A DNA stretch of 64,000 nt, taken from IMG/VR virus record IMGVR_UViG_3300034061_006011; one strand, given 5' to 3'. The notes under the pieces were generated by a model, which saw nothing but the letters and a program-made list of their open reading frames with translations, made no database searches and had not been told where the DNA came from. Each line of letters begins with the position of its first letter. Position 1 is the stretch's first letter. The position numbers and the translations under genes are program-made. Of this stretch, positions 54,550 through 64,000 are shown one piece after another. The DNA comes from a virus. Lineage: Duplodnaviria > Caudoviricetes.

Positions 54550-56007
54550 TCATACTCTGAAATTTGCAATATTTAATCGGGCATAGAACTTTGCGCCTTC
54601 CCTTAATAACTTTTTTCCGTATCGAACAAGCAAACCACGTCTTGGGCAGAATGATTCTGGGTCAAGAACGACTGGGGTCTGGGTGAGTGGAACGTATGGG
54701 CAGTAGAAGTAACCGCTGTCCATGTAGCTGTCGCCCTTATAACCCATGAGCAACTGGTTGCTTGGGAAGAGTGGATCTTTGTATAGACGATAACGGTTAG
54801 CGACCGTACCGACATACTGAACGCCGAGTGAGCTTGTGAAGGTCTCAGAAGGTGCAGGAGCGAAACCAGCAGTTGCTGTTTCGAAGATTGAAGCAACTTC
54901 AGGTGAAGTCACGATGAAGTTTGCGCCGCCACGGAGGGTCTTCCTGTGGATCACGTTAGAAACTTCGATGATCTTAACATAAAGGGCTTCGTACTTTTCC
55001 TTGATGGTCTGACCGATTGCAGTTGAGAAGTCCCAAGCTGCGACAGTACCAGCGTTATTACGGAGGTCACCAAGAACTTCTCGGTCGATTTCGAGGTTGA
55101 TTTCCTGTGCAAGAACAGCGGTCAACTCAGCTTCAGCATCAAGATTGTGCTGACTACGGAGATCTTGCTGTGCTTCATAGGACCATACAGCCTTGAGCTT
55201 ACGGGTCTTAGCAACGATATCTTCTGATTCAATAACGAGGTTGATTTCAGGAAGATCCTGATTGCACTCCATATTGTACTCATAAGAGACTGTGCAGTTG
55301 TTTGAACCGGGTGCATTATCCCAAGTGAGTGTGAATTCGCCAGTGGTAAGATCGATGCTACCAGTTGTTGCTCTGTTAGCAGGTGAACCAATTGCGGTAA
55401 AGGTGAAGGTGCCGTTTGAAGAGACAACGAATGTCTGAACAGCGGTTGAACCATCATAAACAGTACCAGTAATGGTGCCAGCAAGGATTGGAGTGTGTTC
55501 AAGTGGGCTGAATACGCTAGTGGTGTCTGCGCCTGCATCAGTGCTGGTTGCTTCGTTGTTTACGAACTGTGAAGAGTAGTAAACGTCGAGGTTAGCAGTA
55601 CCATCAGCAAGCTGCTGGAGTGAATTAATATCATCTCCGGGGAAACCACCGTTGTTGCTAGCTCCACGAACGCTACCCTTGTTAGAGGAATAACGGAAAC
55701 GGAGATAGTACACCAAACCGGTTGGTCCGAGTAGTGGCTGAACGCTTACAATCTTATTAGCGATCAACTGTGGGTAAATTCTGCGGACGAGAGGAATTGA
55801 AATCCTCTTGAACTGTGCGACATCTGCGGTGTCGGTTGAAACTTCGTTAAATAGCTTTTCTCTTTCGAGCATTAGGCGTTGGTTCTCAAGAAGCACTGCG
55901 GTTGCAGCACGGGTATGAGTATCTTCGATACCCCTGAGAAGACCAGTTTTTGCCCAACGGCTCTCTAGTTCTTTAGCTTCGTTCAAATAAGTTGAATTGA
56001 GACTCAT
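54550..56007 (-). CDS. gp23: Major capsid protein, T4 gp23-like
   Basis: LVRRIYPQLIANKIVSVQPLLGPTGLVYYLRF; KTRKLKAVWSYEAQQDLRSQHNLDAEAEL; GYFYCPYVPL. Confidence 0.97.
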   Translation of the reverse strand: MSLNSTYLNEAKELESRWAKTGLLRGIEDTHTRAATAVLLENQRLMLEREKLFNEVSTDTADVAQFKRISIPLVRRIYPQLIANKIVSVQPLLGPTGLVYYLRFRYSSNKGSVRGASNNGGFPGDDINSLQQLADGTANLDVYYSSQFVNNEATSTDAGADTTSVFSPLEHTPILAGTITGTVYDGSTAVQTFVVSSNGTFTFTAIGSPANRATTGSIDLTTGEFTLTWDNAPGSNNCTVSYEYNMECNQDLPEINLVIESEDIVAKTRKLKAVWSYEAQQDLRSQHNLDAEAELTAVLAQEINLEIDREVLGDLRNNAGTVAAWDFSTAIGQTIKEKYEALYVKIIEVSNVIHRKTLRGGANFIVTSPEVASIFETATAGFAPAPSETFTSSLGVQYVGTVANRYRLYKDPLFPSNQLLMGYKGDSYMDSGYFYCPYVPLTQTPVVLDPESFCPRRGLLVRYGKKLLREGAKFYARLNIANFRV

Positions 56008-56034
56008 TGTAGTTACCTTTCTTTATTATAAAAC

Positions 56035-56916
56035 TTACTTAGATTTCTTAACTCCTGAAAGAACAAGAAGATCGTTGACTTCGTTTAGTGAGTTTGATTC
56101 AGAAATAACCTGAACATTCTCAGTTACTAACTGACCTCTCCCGCTTGCAACTCTTGCTTTCATTCCACGCTCTTTCTGCTCACTGATGACTTTCTTAGTG
56201 CGATCAACACGGTGTTCACCAATGACTTCGGAAGCTCTACGAACACTTTCATTCAACTTTGTATTCTCTGTTGAAAGACGAATGTTCCTTGCTTCCATGA
56301 TTCTTAACTGACCCTTAAGATCTTCTGATGACTTACGGGCTTCTTCAAGCTTGCCGGAAGTTGAGAAGAACTGTTCGTCGCCGGAAATGTAATCGGAAGC
56401 AATGTTTACGATCTTATCAAGAGCAACCTTGTGTTCGACCATTCTTGGATCAGCCATAAGGTCTGTCTTAGCTTGTTCGTAAATTTCTGCGCCCTTGATC
56501 TGGAGGAATTCGTCAACCTTGTCAACGATGTATTCCTTCATTTCCTTAAGCTTGCCATCATATTCTTCGTATAGGTCGCTTTCGACGCTATTCTTATTGC
56601 TTCTTTCAGCAAGAAGCATCTGATATGCTTCTTCGTAGCCTTCTTCAAGAGCAGTTTCAAATTCCTGCTTCTGATTGCCAATTCTTTCCTGAAGATCAGA
56701 AATAATTGCGTAGGCTTCGTTATAGCCATGATAGGCGGTCTTTTCAGCCTGAGAAAGTTCATTTGTAAGCTGAACATAAGCCTCTTCGAGATTCTTATTG
56801 TATTCCGCTTCCATTTCTTTCTTTGACTCTTCAATCATCTCAGAAACAGCCTGAGCAACCTCGTTGATCTGGTCTGCTGGAAGAAGATTCCTTAATGAGC
56901 TTAAAATCTTATTCAT
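56035..56916 (-). CDS. Prohead scaffold/core protein, gp22-like
   Basis: Acidic coiled coil between protease and MCP, with many (I/L)xE sites. Confidence 0.8.
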   Translation of the reverse strand: MNKILSSLRNLLPADQINEVAQAVSEMIEESKKEMEAEYNKNLEEAYVQLTNELSQAEKTAYHGYNEAYAIISDLQERIGNQKQEFETALEEGYEEAYQMLLAERSNKNSVESDLYEEYDGKLKEMKEYIVDKVDEFLQIKGAEIYEQAKTDLMADPRMVEHKVALDKIVNIASDYISGDEQFFSTSGKLEEARKSSEDLKGQLRIMEARNIRLSTENTKLNESVRRASEVIGEHRVDRTKKVISEQKERGMKARVASGRGQLVTENVQVISESNSLNEVNDLLVLSGVKKSK

Positions 56917-56917
56917 C

Positions 56918-57562
56918 TCACAGTCTCCCTATTATGTTACTGGTTTTATTCTTAATTAGCCCGCCTAAACAAGCTATTACTGCGTCCTTATTAACACTAT
57001 GTATGCGTCTGCTTTCATTTTTTGCAGAAAAATTATCATAATTATAATTTTCTTTAGTAACTTTCTTCTGAAATGCCTGATAAGTAGACGGATCAGCAAC
57101 AGCATCGAATGTGATGAGCTTGTATGATTCTGTAATCATCAAGACACCTTTTTCATTTGTTGTACCGTTTCCGACACCTCTTGAAGAAATGCCGACACGC
57201 ACACCGTCATTAATAAGTGCTTTCAGTATTTTTCCATGTGGTGTATTTAGGATTTCGCCTTCACCCATTAGGGTTTTGCCTTCCCACCACAATTTTGTTA
57301 CAACATGAGAAGCTTTTTCAAAGTGAATAATTGAATCAGAAGGGTGATCCAATTCGCCAACCAAGCCTCTTGCGTTAACACAGTCCATCAGCTCCTGAAC
57401 ATTCTTGTCTAGGACGCTGAAACCATATGATCTATTGTTTTTATTGACTTCATCAGCCTGCTGGAATTTACCACGAAATTTTGTGAGTCCGCCAATTGCG
57501 GACTCATTTAAATTCATGACTATACCGCCGCTATTGCAAGAATCGACTAGCAGCATATTCAA
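56918..57562 (-). CDS. gp21: Prohead protease, T4 gp21-like
   Basis: NKNNRSY, GELDHP, NTPHGKIL, GISSRGVG, FDAVADPS. Confidence 0.95.
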   Translation of the reverse strand: MNMLLVDSCNSGGIVMNLNESAIGGLTKFRGKFQQADEVNKNNRSYGFSVLDKNVQELMDCVNARGLVGELDHPSDSIIHFEKASHVVTKLWWEGKTLMGEGEILNTPHGKILKALINDGVRVGISSRGVGNGTTNEKGVLMITESYKLITFDAVADPSTYQAFQKKVTKENYNYDNFSAKNESRRIHSVNKDAVIACLGGLIKNKTSNIIGRL

Positions 57563-57563
57563 A

Positions 57564-59342
57564 TCAACCCCTTTCGCTACCCTTAAGTAGTTTAAAGCTG
57601 TTTGCTAAAGTCATGCCATTGGATGGAATATAAGGATTTTTCAACTTGTCCCAAGTGTCTGGACCATCATCTTGACCAAGGACATCACTGTCAGCGTCAA
57701 TAGTCTTTTCACCATGAATCTTGAAATCACCAGCCTTGGGTACATATGGGTTTCTGACATTTGGATAAACATCAGATCCGTCATGTGTAAGATAGCCCTG
57801 CTTGAGGTCTTCTATACCTTGTTTATCGTAAGACTTGCCATCACTAACGAATGGTGATCTTGTTGAAGCGTACTTGCCGGGAGCGCCATCAATCTTGGAG
57901 TACTTTGACATAGATTCGATATCACCTGTTACAGTGTGACCAACTTTGTCAGAAACCTGCCATTCACCGCTCATTGGAAGATTAGCTAATGCCTTTAGCA
58001 TAACAGCGGCTTCTTCTAGAACATCAAGATCAAAAGGCTTCTTTCCAGATAAAGAATGTTCAATGTCAGACATATAACCTGAAATTTCATGCTTAATACT
58101 TGCATCTCCGAAGTGTTCAGCAAGACCAGCAAGACTGTTCAAGGACTTGTATGCATCCTCAAAAGCCATTCTTTCGGTTCTCTTGACTTCTTCAAGCTTG
58201 TCAACCATGATTTCAGAAGCATACTTGAAACCTTCATAACTCTTTGATTCAAACATATCAGCAAGCTTGTAAATCTGGTTTACCTTGTCCTTATAATTGT
58301 CGTAGCAGGTTCTTAGTAAACCTTCTGCCAAGAACAAGCAGGTTTCGTCATCGAAATTCTTGACATTTTCGCTGATCAAAGTATCACTGATCAACTTAGC
58401 CAATTCATTTTCGGTCAAGTAAACAATGCTTGGGAAAGCAGCTACTACATTTTCAACAGTTTCCTGTAGCTTAGATGCATCACTCATTGCATTGCACTTC
58501 TTCATATCTTTGCAAGCAAGACCCCAGTGAGCATTGTGACCAAGAAGCCTCATAAGGTCTCTCTGGTGCATTACATCAGTGTTAAGAGTCTTCCAATTGA
58601 AAGAAAGGATCTTTGCTTCATTTCTTAGTTGAGCACGGGGAATAGCAACTGTGACAACATTACCAAGCTTGTCCTTAGCAACTTCATTGAGGCTAGGAAC
58701 ACCGTAAGTTCTGAAATCAACATAATCAAGAATATTCTTGGAAACAGCTGCCCATTCCTTCAAATTCTTTGAAGAAACTTTGCTGATAAAGTCCATCTTC
58801 TTCTTGCTCTTATGCTTGCCCATCTTCTCGTCACGCTTGTCGCTCTTCTTGCCCTTGCCCTTACCCTTCTTAGCTGCTTTCTTCTTAAGATAAGCTGCAA
58901 ACTGTGGAGGAATCTTACCCTTTTTGCTACCCTTTGCTTCGTTGATAACGCCTTCTTGTAGGCTAACACGAACGTAAGGAAGGTTAAAGTAGTTTGAGAA
59001 AAGGTCGCTGGCTGCATCCTTTTTGTCGTCAAGAATTGAGTCAACCATTCTATCGAGAATATTCTTGCCTTCATTGACCTGAGAAGACTCATCAACAACC
59101 AATTCTTCGATGTTTTCAAGCAAAAGCTTGGAATCATCAATAAGATAAGTTGCATGAACGAGTGTACCCTGATCTGTAGCAAAAGTGGCTTCATTTTCTG
59201 TGATGCCAAACAGAGCAATATTATCTTTGCCCAATGCGTTGGCAATGGAATCAGAAGCTTCTGTTAACTCTTTTTCTGCTGTTTGAAGAAACTTGCGCTC
59301 GATCTGCTTGAAGACATCATAGTCGATGAGTTTTCTCTTCAT
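57564..59342 (-). CDS. Prohead core-associated protein (gp67/gp68 position)
   Basis: Between portal and protease; Lys-rich insert after INEA; capsid-operon codon bias. Confidence 0.6.
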   Translation of the reverse strand: MKRKLIDYDVFKQIERKFLQTAEKELTEASDSIANALGKDNIALFGITENEATFATDQGTLVHATYLIDDSKLLLENIEELVVDESSQVNEGKNILDRMVDSILDDKKDAASDLFSNYFNLPYVRVSLQEGVINEAKGSKKGKIPPQFAAYLKKKAAKKGKGKGKKSDKRDEKMGKHKSKKKMDFISKVSSKNLKEWAAVSKNILDYVDFRTYGVPSLNEVAKDKLGNVVTVAIPRAQLRNEAKILSFNWKTLNTDVMHQRDLMRLLGHNAHWGLACKDMKKCNAMSDASKLQETVENVVAAFPSIVYLTENELAKLISDTLISENVKNFDDETCLFLAEGLLRTCYDNYKDKVNQIYKLADMFESKSYEGFKYASEIMVDKLEEVKRTERMAFEDAYKSLNSLAGLAEHFGDASIKHEISGYMSDIEHSLSGKKPFDLDVLEEAAVMLKALANLPMSGEWQVSDKVGHTVTGDIESMSKYSKIDGAPGKYASTRSPFVSDGKSYDKQGIEDLKQGYLTHDGSDVYPNVRNPYVPKAGDFKIHGEKTIDADSDVLGQDDGPDTWDKLKNPYIPSNGMTLANSFKLLKGSERG

Positions 59343-59412
59343 TTTGTTCTCCCAAAAAAAACAATGTTTAATTCACATAGAGTGCGAATTTTTTTAATTC
59401 TAACTCATATCT

Positions 59413-59775
59413 ATGCAGGTGATTAAAAAAAAGAAGGATATTATGCAAACATTTAGCGATTTTATTGGTAAAAGATTTGAATACAATGAAAACAGCGATT
59501 CAAATCCTCAAGTAGTTAGTCAAAAAAATGCAAAAAGTGCCAAAGATTTAGAAGATATTATTTCAAAAATTTTAAACAACACAAACTACCACAAAGAATT
59601 TTTAAATTTATTATCAGATTTTATCGAAAGCAAAGATGATCAAGGTTTGCAACAAATGATGAATCATTTTAAACAAAATAATAAAATAGATAATTTTAAT
59701 GATGATAGTGGACTTGGAACACTATCAGGCGTTCTTAATAGACCAAACAATCTACCACCAAATATGGGTGGCTAA
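59413..59775 (+). CDS. Small protein with capsid-targeting-like motif
   Basis: MQTFSDFIGKRFEYNE. Confidence 0.6.
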   Translation: MQVIKKKKDIMQTFSDFIGKRFEYNENSDSNPQVVSQKNAKSAKDLEDIISKILNNTNYHKEFLNLLSDFIESKDDQGLQQMMNHFKQNNKIDNFNDDSGLGTLSGVLNRPNNLPPNMGG

Positions 59776-59794
59776 GATTTCTTGAGTCTTAGCC

Positions 59795-62308
59795 TTATTC
59801 TATGCTATAATCTTGGCTCTCCATGTCTTCTTCAGAAGCATAATCTTGAATGCTGAGATCATACTTTTCAATGTCTTCTTCACTTGGTTCTGGCAAAGGT
59901 TCAACAGATGTTGATGGTGCGCTAGGTTGAGGAGTTTCAGCGCCGCCCATGGCTGGAGGTGCGCCTTCTGGTGGTGCTTCAGACGGAACTTCAAGTTGTT
60001 TATTTGGTCCTTCTTCAGTTGCACCAACTTCTTCATCTTCTTGTGAAGGAATACCAACACCGAGAAGTTGTGGATTCTGTTGCAATACTTGCAATCTTGC
60101 ATCTTCAAGTTTCTGCAATTTGCTTCTTGCAAGAATATCTTTGGTTTCTTCTTCTGTGTAATGCATCCAATTACGCAATAAATCAAAGTCAGAAATAAGA
60201 CCAGCTGATTTCAAACTTGTTACATTTTGAATTCTATTGTTGACAATTTCAGCTCTACTAAGTTCTCTCCATTCAGATGGCGGTGTCATCTGAATCTTAA
60301 GATCATCATAAGTTTCAGGTGGAAAACCACGCATATGTAAATGTCTTTGTGCTATTTCAAAAATACCATCTTCCAAAGATGACTGATATCTTTCAACAGT
60401 TCTTGCAAATTTTACATCTTGTGAAGACAAAGTAATCTTTGTCTGTGCTGGATCATCAACATTCAAATAGTTTTTAGGGAAGTTTAAAGCTGTCAAAAGC
60501 TTAAGTCTAAAGTAGATTGCATCATCGATTTCACCAAGGTTCTGGGCACCCGGTAATGTTTCAATTTTTGTATTTGAATTTGGTCTTGTTGGAATCCAGT
60601 AATCTTCTTCAACTGCTGGTGGCTGATACCTTTCTTCAACAGAAGAAGATCCACCAAAGCCATTTTGGTTCAAGCTTACCTTTTTCTTTCTAAACTGATC
60701 TTTCATTCTTTCAATGAATGCTTCAGCTTTAAAACCGGGAAGTTGACCAACATCAATATAAAACACTCTGCGTTCAGGTGCTCTGGCAAGACGGTATGTT
60801 AACATACTGTCTTCCATCAATCTAAGCTGATAAGCTGGACCTCTTGCTGGTTCAATGATTGAACTGCCATAGGGATAGAATTGTCTTCTGTCTTCATTAA
60901 TTCTTATATGGGCAATTTGCTCAGGAGCGAATCTAATTGCCGTAGCCATCTGAATTTCTTGATCTGTAGCTACAGTTACAGGCGCTCTAACCAAGCTTTG
61001 GTAATCTGGTCCTTCTTTTGATTGTTGGAATTCAATTACTTTACCTTTTGTCGTTTCAATTCTGTAAATGCTTTCTGGGGGAAGCCTTTGAATTTTTAAA
61101 ATACCATCACTAGGGGAATCAAGGCTTGTAATTAGTTCGTAAAACAAATCCCCATAAACCATCAAACTCTTAAAGTCTGACCAAATTCTCTTATTAAAAT
61201 TAAGCATTTGTCTTGACATAAGAAGAAATTCAACTTCTTTTCTTACATCATCGTTAGATGCTTCAATCTTTAAAACATTTCCATGTTCATCTTTTTGGCA
61301 GTTATGAACAATTGTTTGGTCTGTAGCAAAATTGTGATGACCGTCTACTGTTAGGTCATACACATCTTGCATCGGTCCTTTAAATTTACCAATTACTTTT
61401 CTATGATCTGTTCTGCTTTTAGCAAGATTTTTTAGTTCCTTGTATGTAAATCCAAATCTCTTAAGTCTTTCTTTCACTGTAACCCAAGTTTCATCAATCA
61501 TGGACAACATTTGATCCATATTGAGACCTTGGTTGATTAGTCTTGCATAAAAATTAATTCTTTCATATTTTTGAATTGATTTACCTGCTCGCCATTCATC
61601 AACAAGTTGTCTTTCTGTTACCCAACCGTTATTGAATGTGAATACTCTTGGGAATTGTCCAGAGATTAAGCTATTATGTTCTGTATCGGGCTTTTCTCTA
61701 TAAAATGGCATTAGGTCATCGCCAACTTTAATATCGCCAGCTTGAATCCATTCTCCCGTCCTTAATAGGACTTTGTGATCTTCTGTGCATTCAAGCTTAC
61801 CACCATTATCAAAAATCAGTTCAACTGTTTCTGCTGTTTTAGTTTTTCTTGGATGATGACCCCATCCAAGTGTGTAATCTTTCTTTTGAAAATCGTAGCA
61901 ATACACTAAAAATTTATCTTCAGAATTATCTTCTGTTAAGCTTTTAATTGTTTTAAAGCCGAATGGAGTTGCAACTTTTGTATTACCTGAGACGCATGCT
62001 TCATCAGAGAAAATAGTTAAACATGTTTCAACTTCTGGTACAGCTCTTAATCTTTCATATTCCTTATATCTTGAAATTCTATTACTTACTGTGGACAGGT
62101 CAATAAAGTCCTGAGTTTCACGAAGTCTAATGAGTCTGTTATCTTGTCCGTTCCAATAAGATCCATCTGGAGAAATACTGGGAATAGAATCGGGGCTGAT
62201 AATACCAGCACCAACGAGTTCTTTAGGTTCTAGCTTACGGCTTAATGGATCTGCCGAAAAAGCATAGGTGAAAGTTTTGAAAATATCAGACCAAAGTGGC
62301 GTAGGCAT
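59795..62308 (-). CDS. gp20: Portal protein, T4 gp20-like, intein-containing
   Basis: LRLMEDSMLTYRLARAPERRVFYIDVGQLP; EDYWIP; IETLPGAQNLGEIDD. Confidence 0.95.
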   Translation of the reverse strand: MPTPLWSDIFKTFTYAFSADPLSRKLEPKELVGAGIISPDSIPSISPDGSYWNGQDNRLIRLRETQDFIDLSTVSNRISRYKEYERLRAVPEVETCLTIFSDEACVSGNTKVATPFGFKTIKSLTEDNSEDKFLVYCYDFQKKDYTLGWGHHPRKTKTAETVELIFDNGGKLECTEDHKVLLRTGEWIQAGDIKVGDDLMPFYREKPDTEHNSLISGQFPRVFTFNNGWVTERQLVDEWRAGKSIQKYERINFYARLINQGLNMDQMLSMIDETWVTVKERLKRFGFTYKELKNLAKSRTDHRKVIGKFKGPMQDVYDLTVDGHHNFATDQTIVHNCQKDEHGNVLKIEASNDDVRKEVEFLLMSRQMLNFNKRIWSDFKSLMVYGDLFYELITSLDSPSDGILKIQRLPPESIYRIETTKGKVIEFQQSKEGPDYQSLVRAPVTVATDQEIQMATAIRFAPEQIAHIRINEDRRQFYPYGSSIIEPARGPAYQLRLMEDSMLTYRLARAPERRVFYIDVGQLPGFKAEAFIERMKDQFRKKKVSLNQNGFGGSSSVEERYQPPAVEEDYWIPTRPNSNTKIETLPGAQNLGEIDDAIYFRLKLLTALNFPKNYLNVDDPAQTKITLSSQDVKFARTVERYQSSLEDGIFEIAQRHLHMRGFPPETYDDLKIQMTPPSEWRELSRAEIVNNRIQNVTSLKSAGLISDFDLLRNWMHYTEEETKDILARSKLQKLEDARLQVLQQNPQLLGVGIPSQEDEEVGATEEGPNKQLEVPSEAPPEGAPPAMGGAETPQPSAPSTSVEPLPEPSEEDIEKYDLSIQDYASEEDMESQDYSIE
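61301..61996 (-). mobile_element. Intein (232 aa) in the portal protein
   Basis: N-terminal CVSGNTKV, block B LECTEDHKVL, block F VYDLTV, C-terminal IVHN followed by Cys. Confidence 0.92.
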
Positions 62309-62397
62309 AATGTACTTTTACTTCCTATCAATCTAATCAAGTTATTTAGTTGTTTTTTTAAAAATTTGCCATAACTTAAATCACTATTAACAATTTC

Positions 62398-62961
62398 TTG
62401 AAAATTAAACTAAATAATAACATGGAAAGTTTATTTGTTATAAGCTATCATGGTTCGTCATATGACAAATTAGATAAAACTCTTTCCAGTCATATCAAGC
62501 TGCAAAAAGTTCAAAAAAGATTAGATATCAAGACAGTATATCTCAATTGTCAGGATATTTTGGAACTGCATAAAAACCATAAATACAAGTTCGGTGGAGC
62601 TTGGTTCTATGATATTTGCCTTGAAAACTACGAATTAGCTTCTTTAGATATTTTTAAAAATTATTTATTTGTTTTTTATCTTGATGAAGTGTTTGCTGAA
62701 CAAAACTCTATGTATCTCAATTATAGACTTAGAAGAATTTACGAGATGATGCATCATTGTAAAAACTTTATTATATTTTTTAATAATACAAATAATTTTC
62801 CAAGATTGATGAAAACATTGGAAGAAAGACTTGAATTGGATATACCTTTAGTTGAAGCAAAAGAATATGTTGTAAGAATTGATCAAGGATTTGACAACAG
62901 CAACAATTATTACTTCAACTTAATTAAGAACAAATTTGCAGCTAACATATTAGCCGATTAA
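62398..62961 (+). CDS. Hypothetical protein
   Basis: 187-aa ORF; start codon uncertain. Confidence 0.55.
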   Translation: MKIKLNNNMESLFVISYHGSSYDKLDKTLSSHIKLQKVQKRLDIKTVYLNCQDILELHKNHKYKFGGAWFYDICLENYELASLDIFKNYLFVFYLDEVFAEQNSMYLNYRLRRIYEMMHHCKNFIIFFNNTNNFPRLMKTLEERLELDIPLVEAKEYVVRIDQGFDNSNNYYFNLIKNKFAANILAD

Positions 62962-63255
62962 AAATTGATCCGATTCTTTAGCCTTTTCTTTTATTGGTTT
63001 GTTTAAATTTTTATTTTCCATCTCAATCATTTTATCAATTTCTTTTAAAGCTAATTTGGCACTGTTGAGATCAAGAAAAGATTTTTCTTGTTGTTGAATT
63101 TGGGTTTCTCTTTTAACTCGTTTCTTTTGAGTTTCTTTCATTTCGTTAATTGCTTTACGACAAAAGAATCTTGCATCTTGCAAAGCAAAATCATCAGGGA
63201 TTTCTGTGTAGATTCGTTCTAGCTTGGCTATAGTTCCGCTTATGTCTTTTTTCAT
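62950..63255 (-). CDS. Hypothetical coiled-coil protein
   Basis: 101 aa; ATGA overlap with the upstream gene. Confidence 0.6.
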   Translation of the reverse strand: MKKDISGTIAKLERIYTEIPDDFALQDARFFCRKAINEMKETQKKRVKRETQIQQQEKSFLDLNSAKLALKEIDKMIEMENKNLNKPIKEKAKESDQFLIG

Positions 63256-64000
63256 ATTGCCCTTATGTTCAAAACATGAATTGGTTCATTGGTAATAGAA
63301 AATTCATTTCTACCATCACCAACTGTTTGATTACCGATATATCTTATTTTATACTTAGATGGTTTTGTTGAAAGAATTTTAACACCATGCAAAGGAATAC
63401 TCTTCATGAATATCATTCTTCTTTGACAGTCTTTTAAATGAGGGATTTCATCAGCATAAGCTGTCTTTAAAAACTTGCTAATCATTCTCTTATTGAAATA
63501 ATCTGCAAGATTTTCATTTCCACTTATCTTCAATCCACCTCTCACAATCTTTGCTTTACATTCACCATCATCATGAATCATCTTAAACTTATTAATTGGC
63601 ATATAAGTATCTTCTTCATTCTCTGGGAAAGGAATGATTTTATATGATTTGAACACTCTTGTACTCATTCCATATTCATTTAAAAGTTTTGCTAAAATAT
63701 TAGCAAAGTATGATGTCTTCTGAAATGTTTCATTCACATTCTGTAATAAAAAGTTTTTTTTATTTTCATTAAAATTCAAAACATTTTCATCAACATAAGA
63801 TAAATTATTTTTATTTTTATAGTTTATAACATCTTCAACAAGAATTTTATTCTTAACCACATCAATGTTTAGAGATGTTCCAAAGTATTCTTTAAATATT
63901 TCTGGATATTGAACAGAATTGGATATCCATCTGTCATCTTGAGCAGACTCCATCAAAGCCTGATGATATGAGTCCAAAACTATTTTTATTTGATTTTTTA
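63252..64000 (-). CDS. Hypothetical protein, 5'-truncated by the window edge
   Basis: Frame remains open upstream of the TTG at 63977 to the window end. Confidence 0.6.
   Translation of the reverse strand, partial: KNQIKIVLDSYHQALMESAQDDRWISNSVQYPEIFKEYFGTSLNIDVVKNKILVEDVINYKNKNNLSYVDENVLNFNENKKNFLLQNVNETFQKTSYFANILAKLLNEYGMSTRVFKSYKIIPFPENEEDTYMPINKFKMIHDDGECKAKIVRGGLKISGNENLADYFNKRMISKFLKTAYADEIPHLKDCQRRMIFMKSIPLHGVKILSTKPSKYKIRYIGNQTVGDGRNEFSITNEPIHVLNIRAI

Noticed and set aside
54603-58000. Extra ORFs overlapping the capsid, scaffold and protease genes
   Set aside because: Off-frame shadows produced by biased codon usage in highly expressed genes

Overview
This 64-kb AT-rich window is the virion-morphogenesis region of a large T4-like contractile-tailed phage (standard genetic code, genes mostly on the minus strand). 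Recognisable core genes are the portal (gp20-like, with a 232-aa intein), prohead protease (gp21), scaffold (gp22-like), major capsid protein (gp23), gp2-like DNA end protector, a 2297-aa tape measure, tube-initiator, LysM/gp53-like, hub, gp5-like spike, gp25, gp6/J-like and gp7/I-like baseplate genes, and three paralogous PKD-bearing fibre-like proteins. Two of those fibres carry Cys-rich modules and Pro/Thr-rich repeats. Accessory genes lie among them: four GT9-like and one GT-A-like glycosyltransferase, three methyltransferases, a class II tRNA nucleotidyltransferase with degenerate motifs, a DEDDh exonuclease, a flavodoxin-like reductase, an HNH nuclease and a truncated deaminase. At the left edge is a partial actin-family ATPase missed by the ORF track. 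Main observations: (1) the phage actin, which resembles haloarchaeal volactin/MamK; (2) a candidate virion-glycosylation system; (3) about 12 unrelated ORFs, including enzymes, with T4 capsid-targeting-like N-termini; (4) the probably inactive CCA-type enzyme; (5) the portal intein; (6) an FkbM gene between 142-bp direct repeats; (7) apparently leaderless late genes with TAAATA/TATATA 4-5 nt before the ATG. I saw no tRNA, rRNA or CRISPR array. All family calls come from motif recognition by eye, not database searches.
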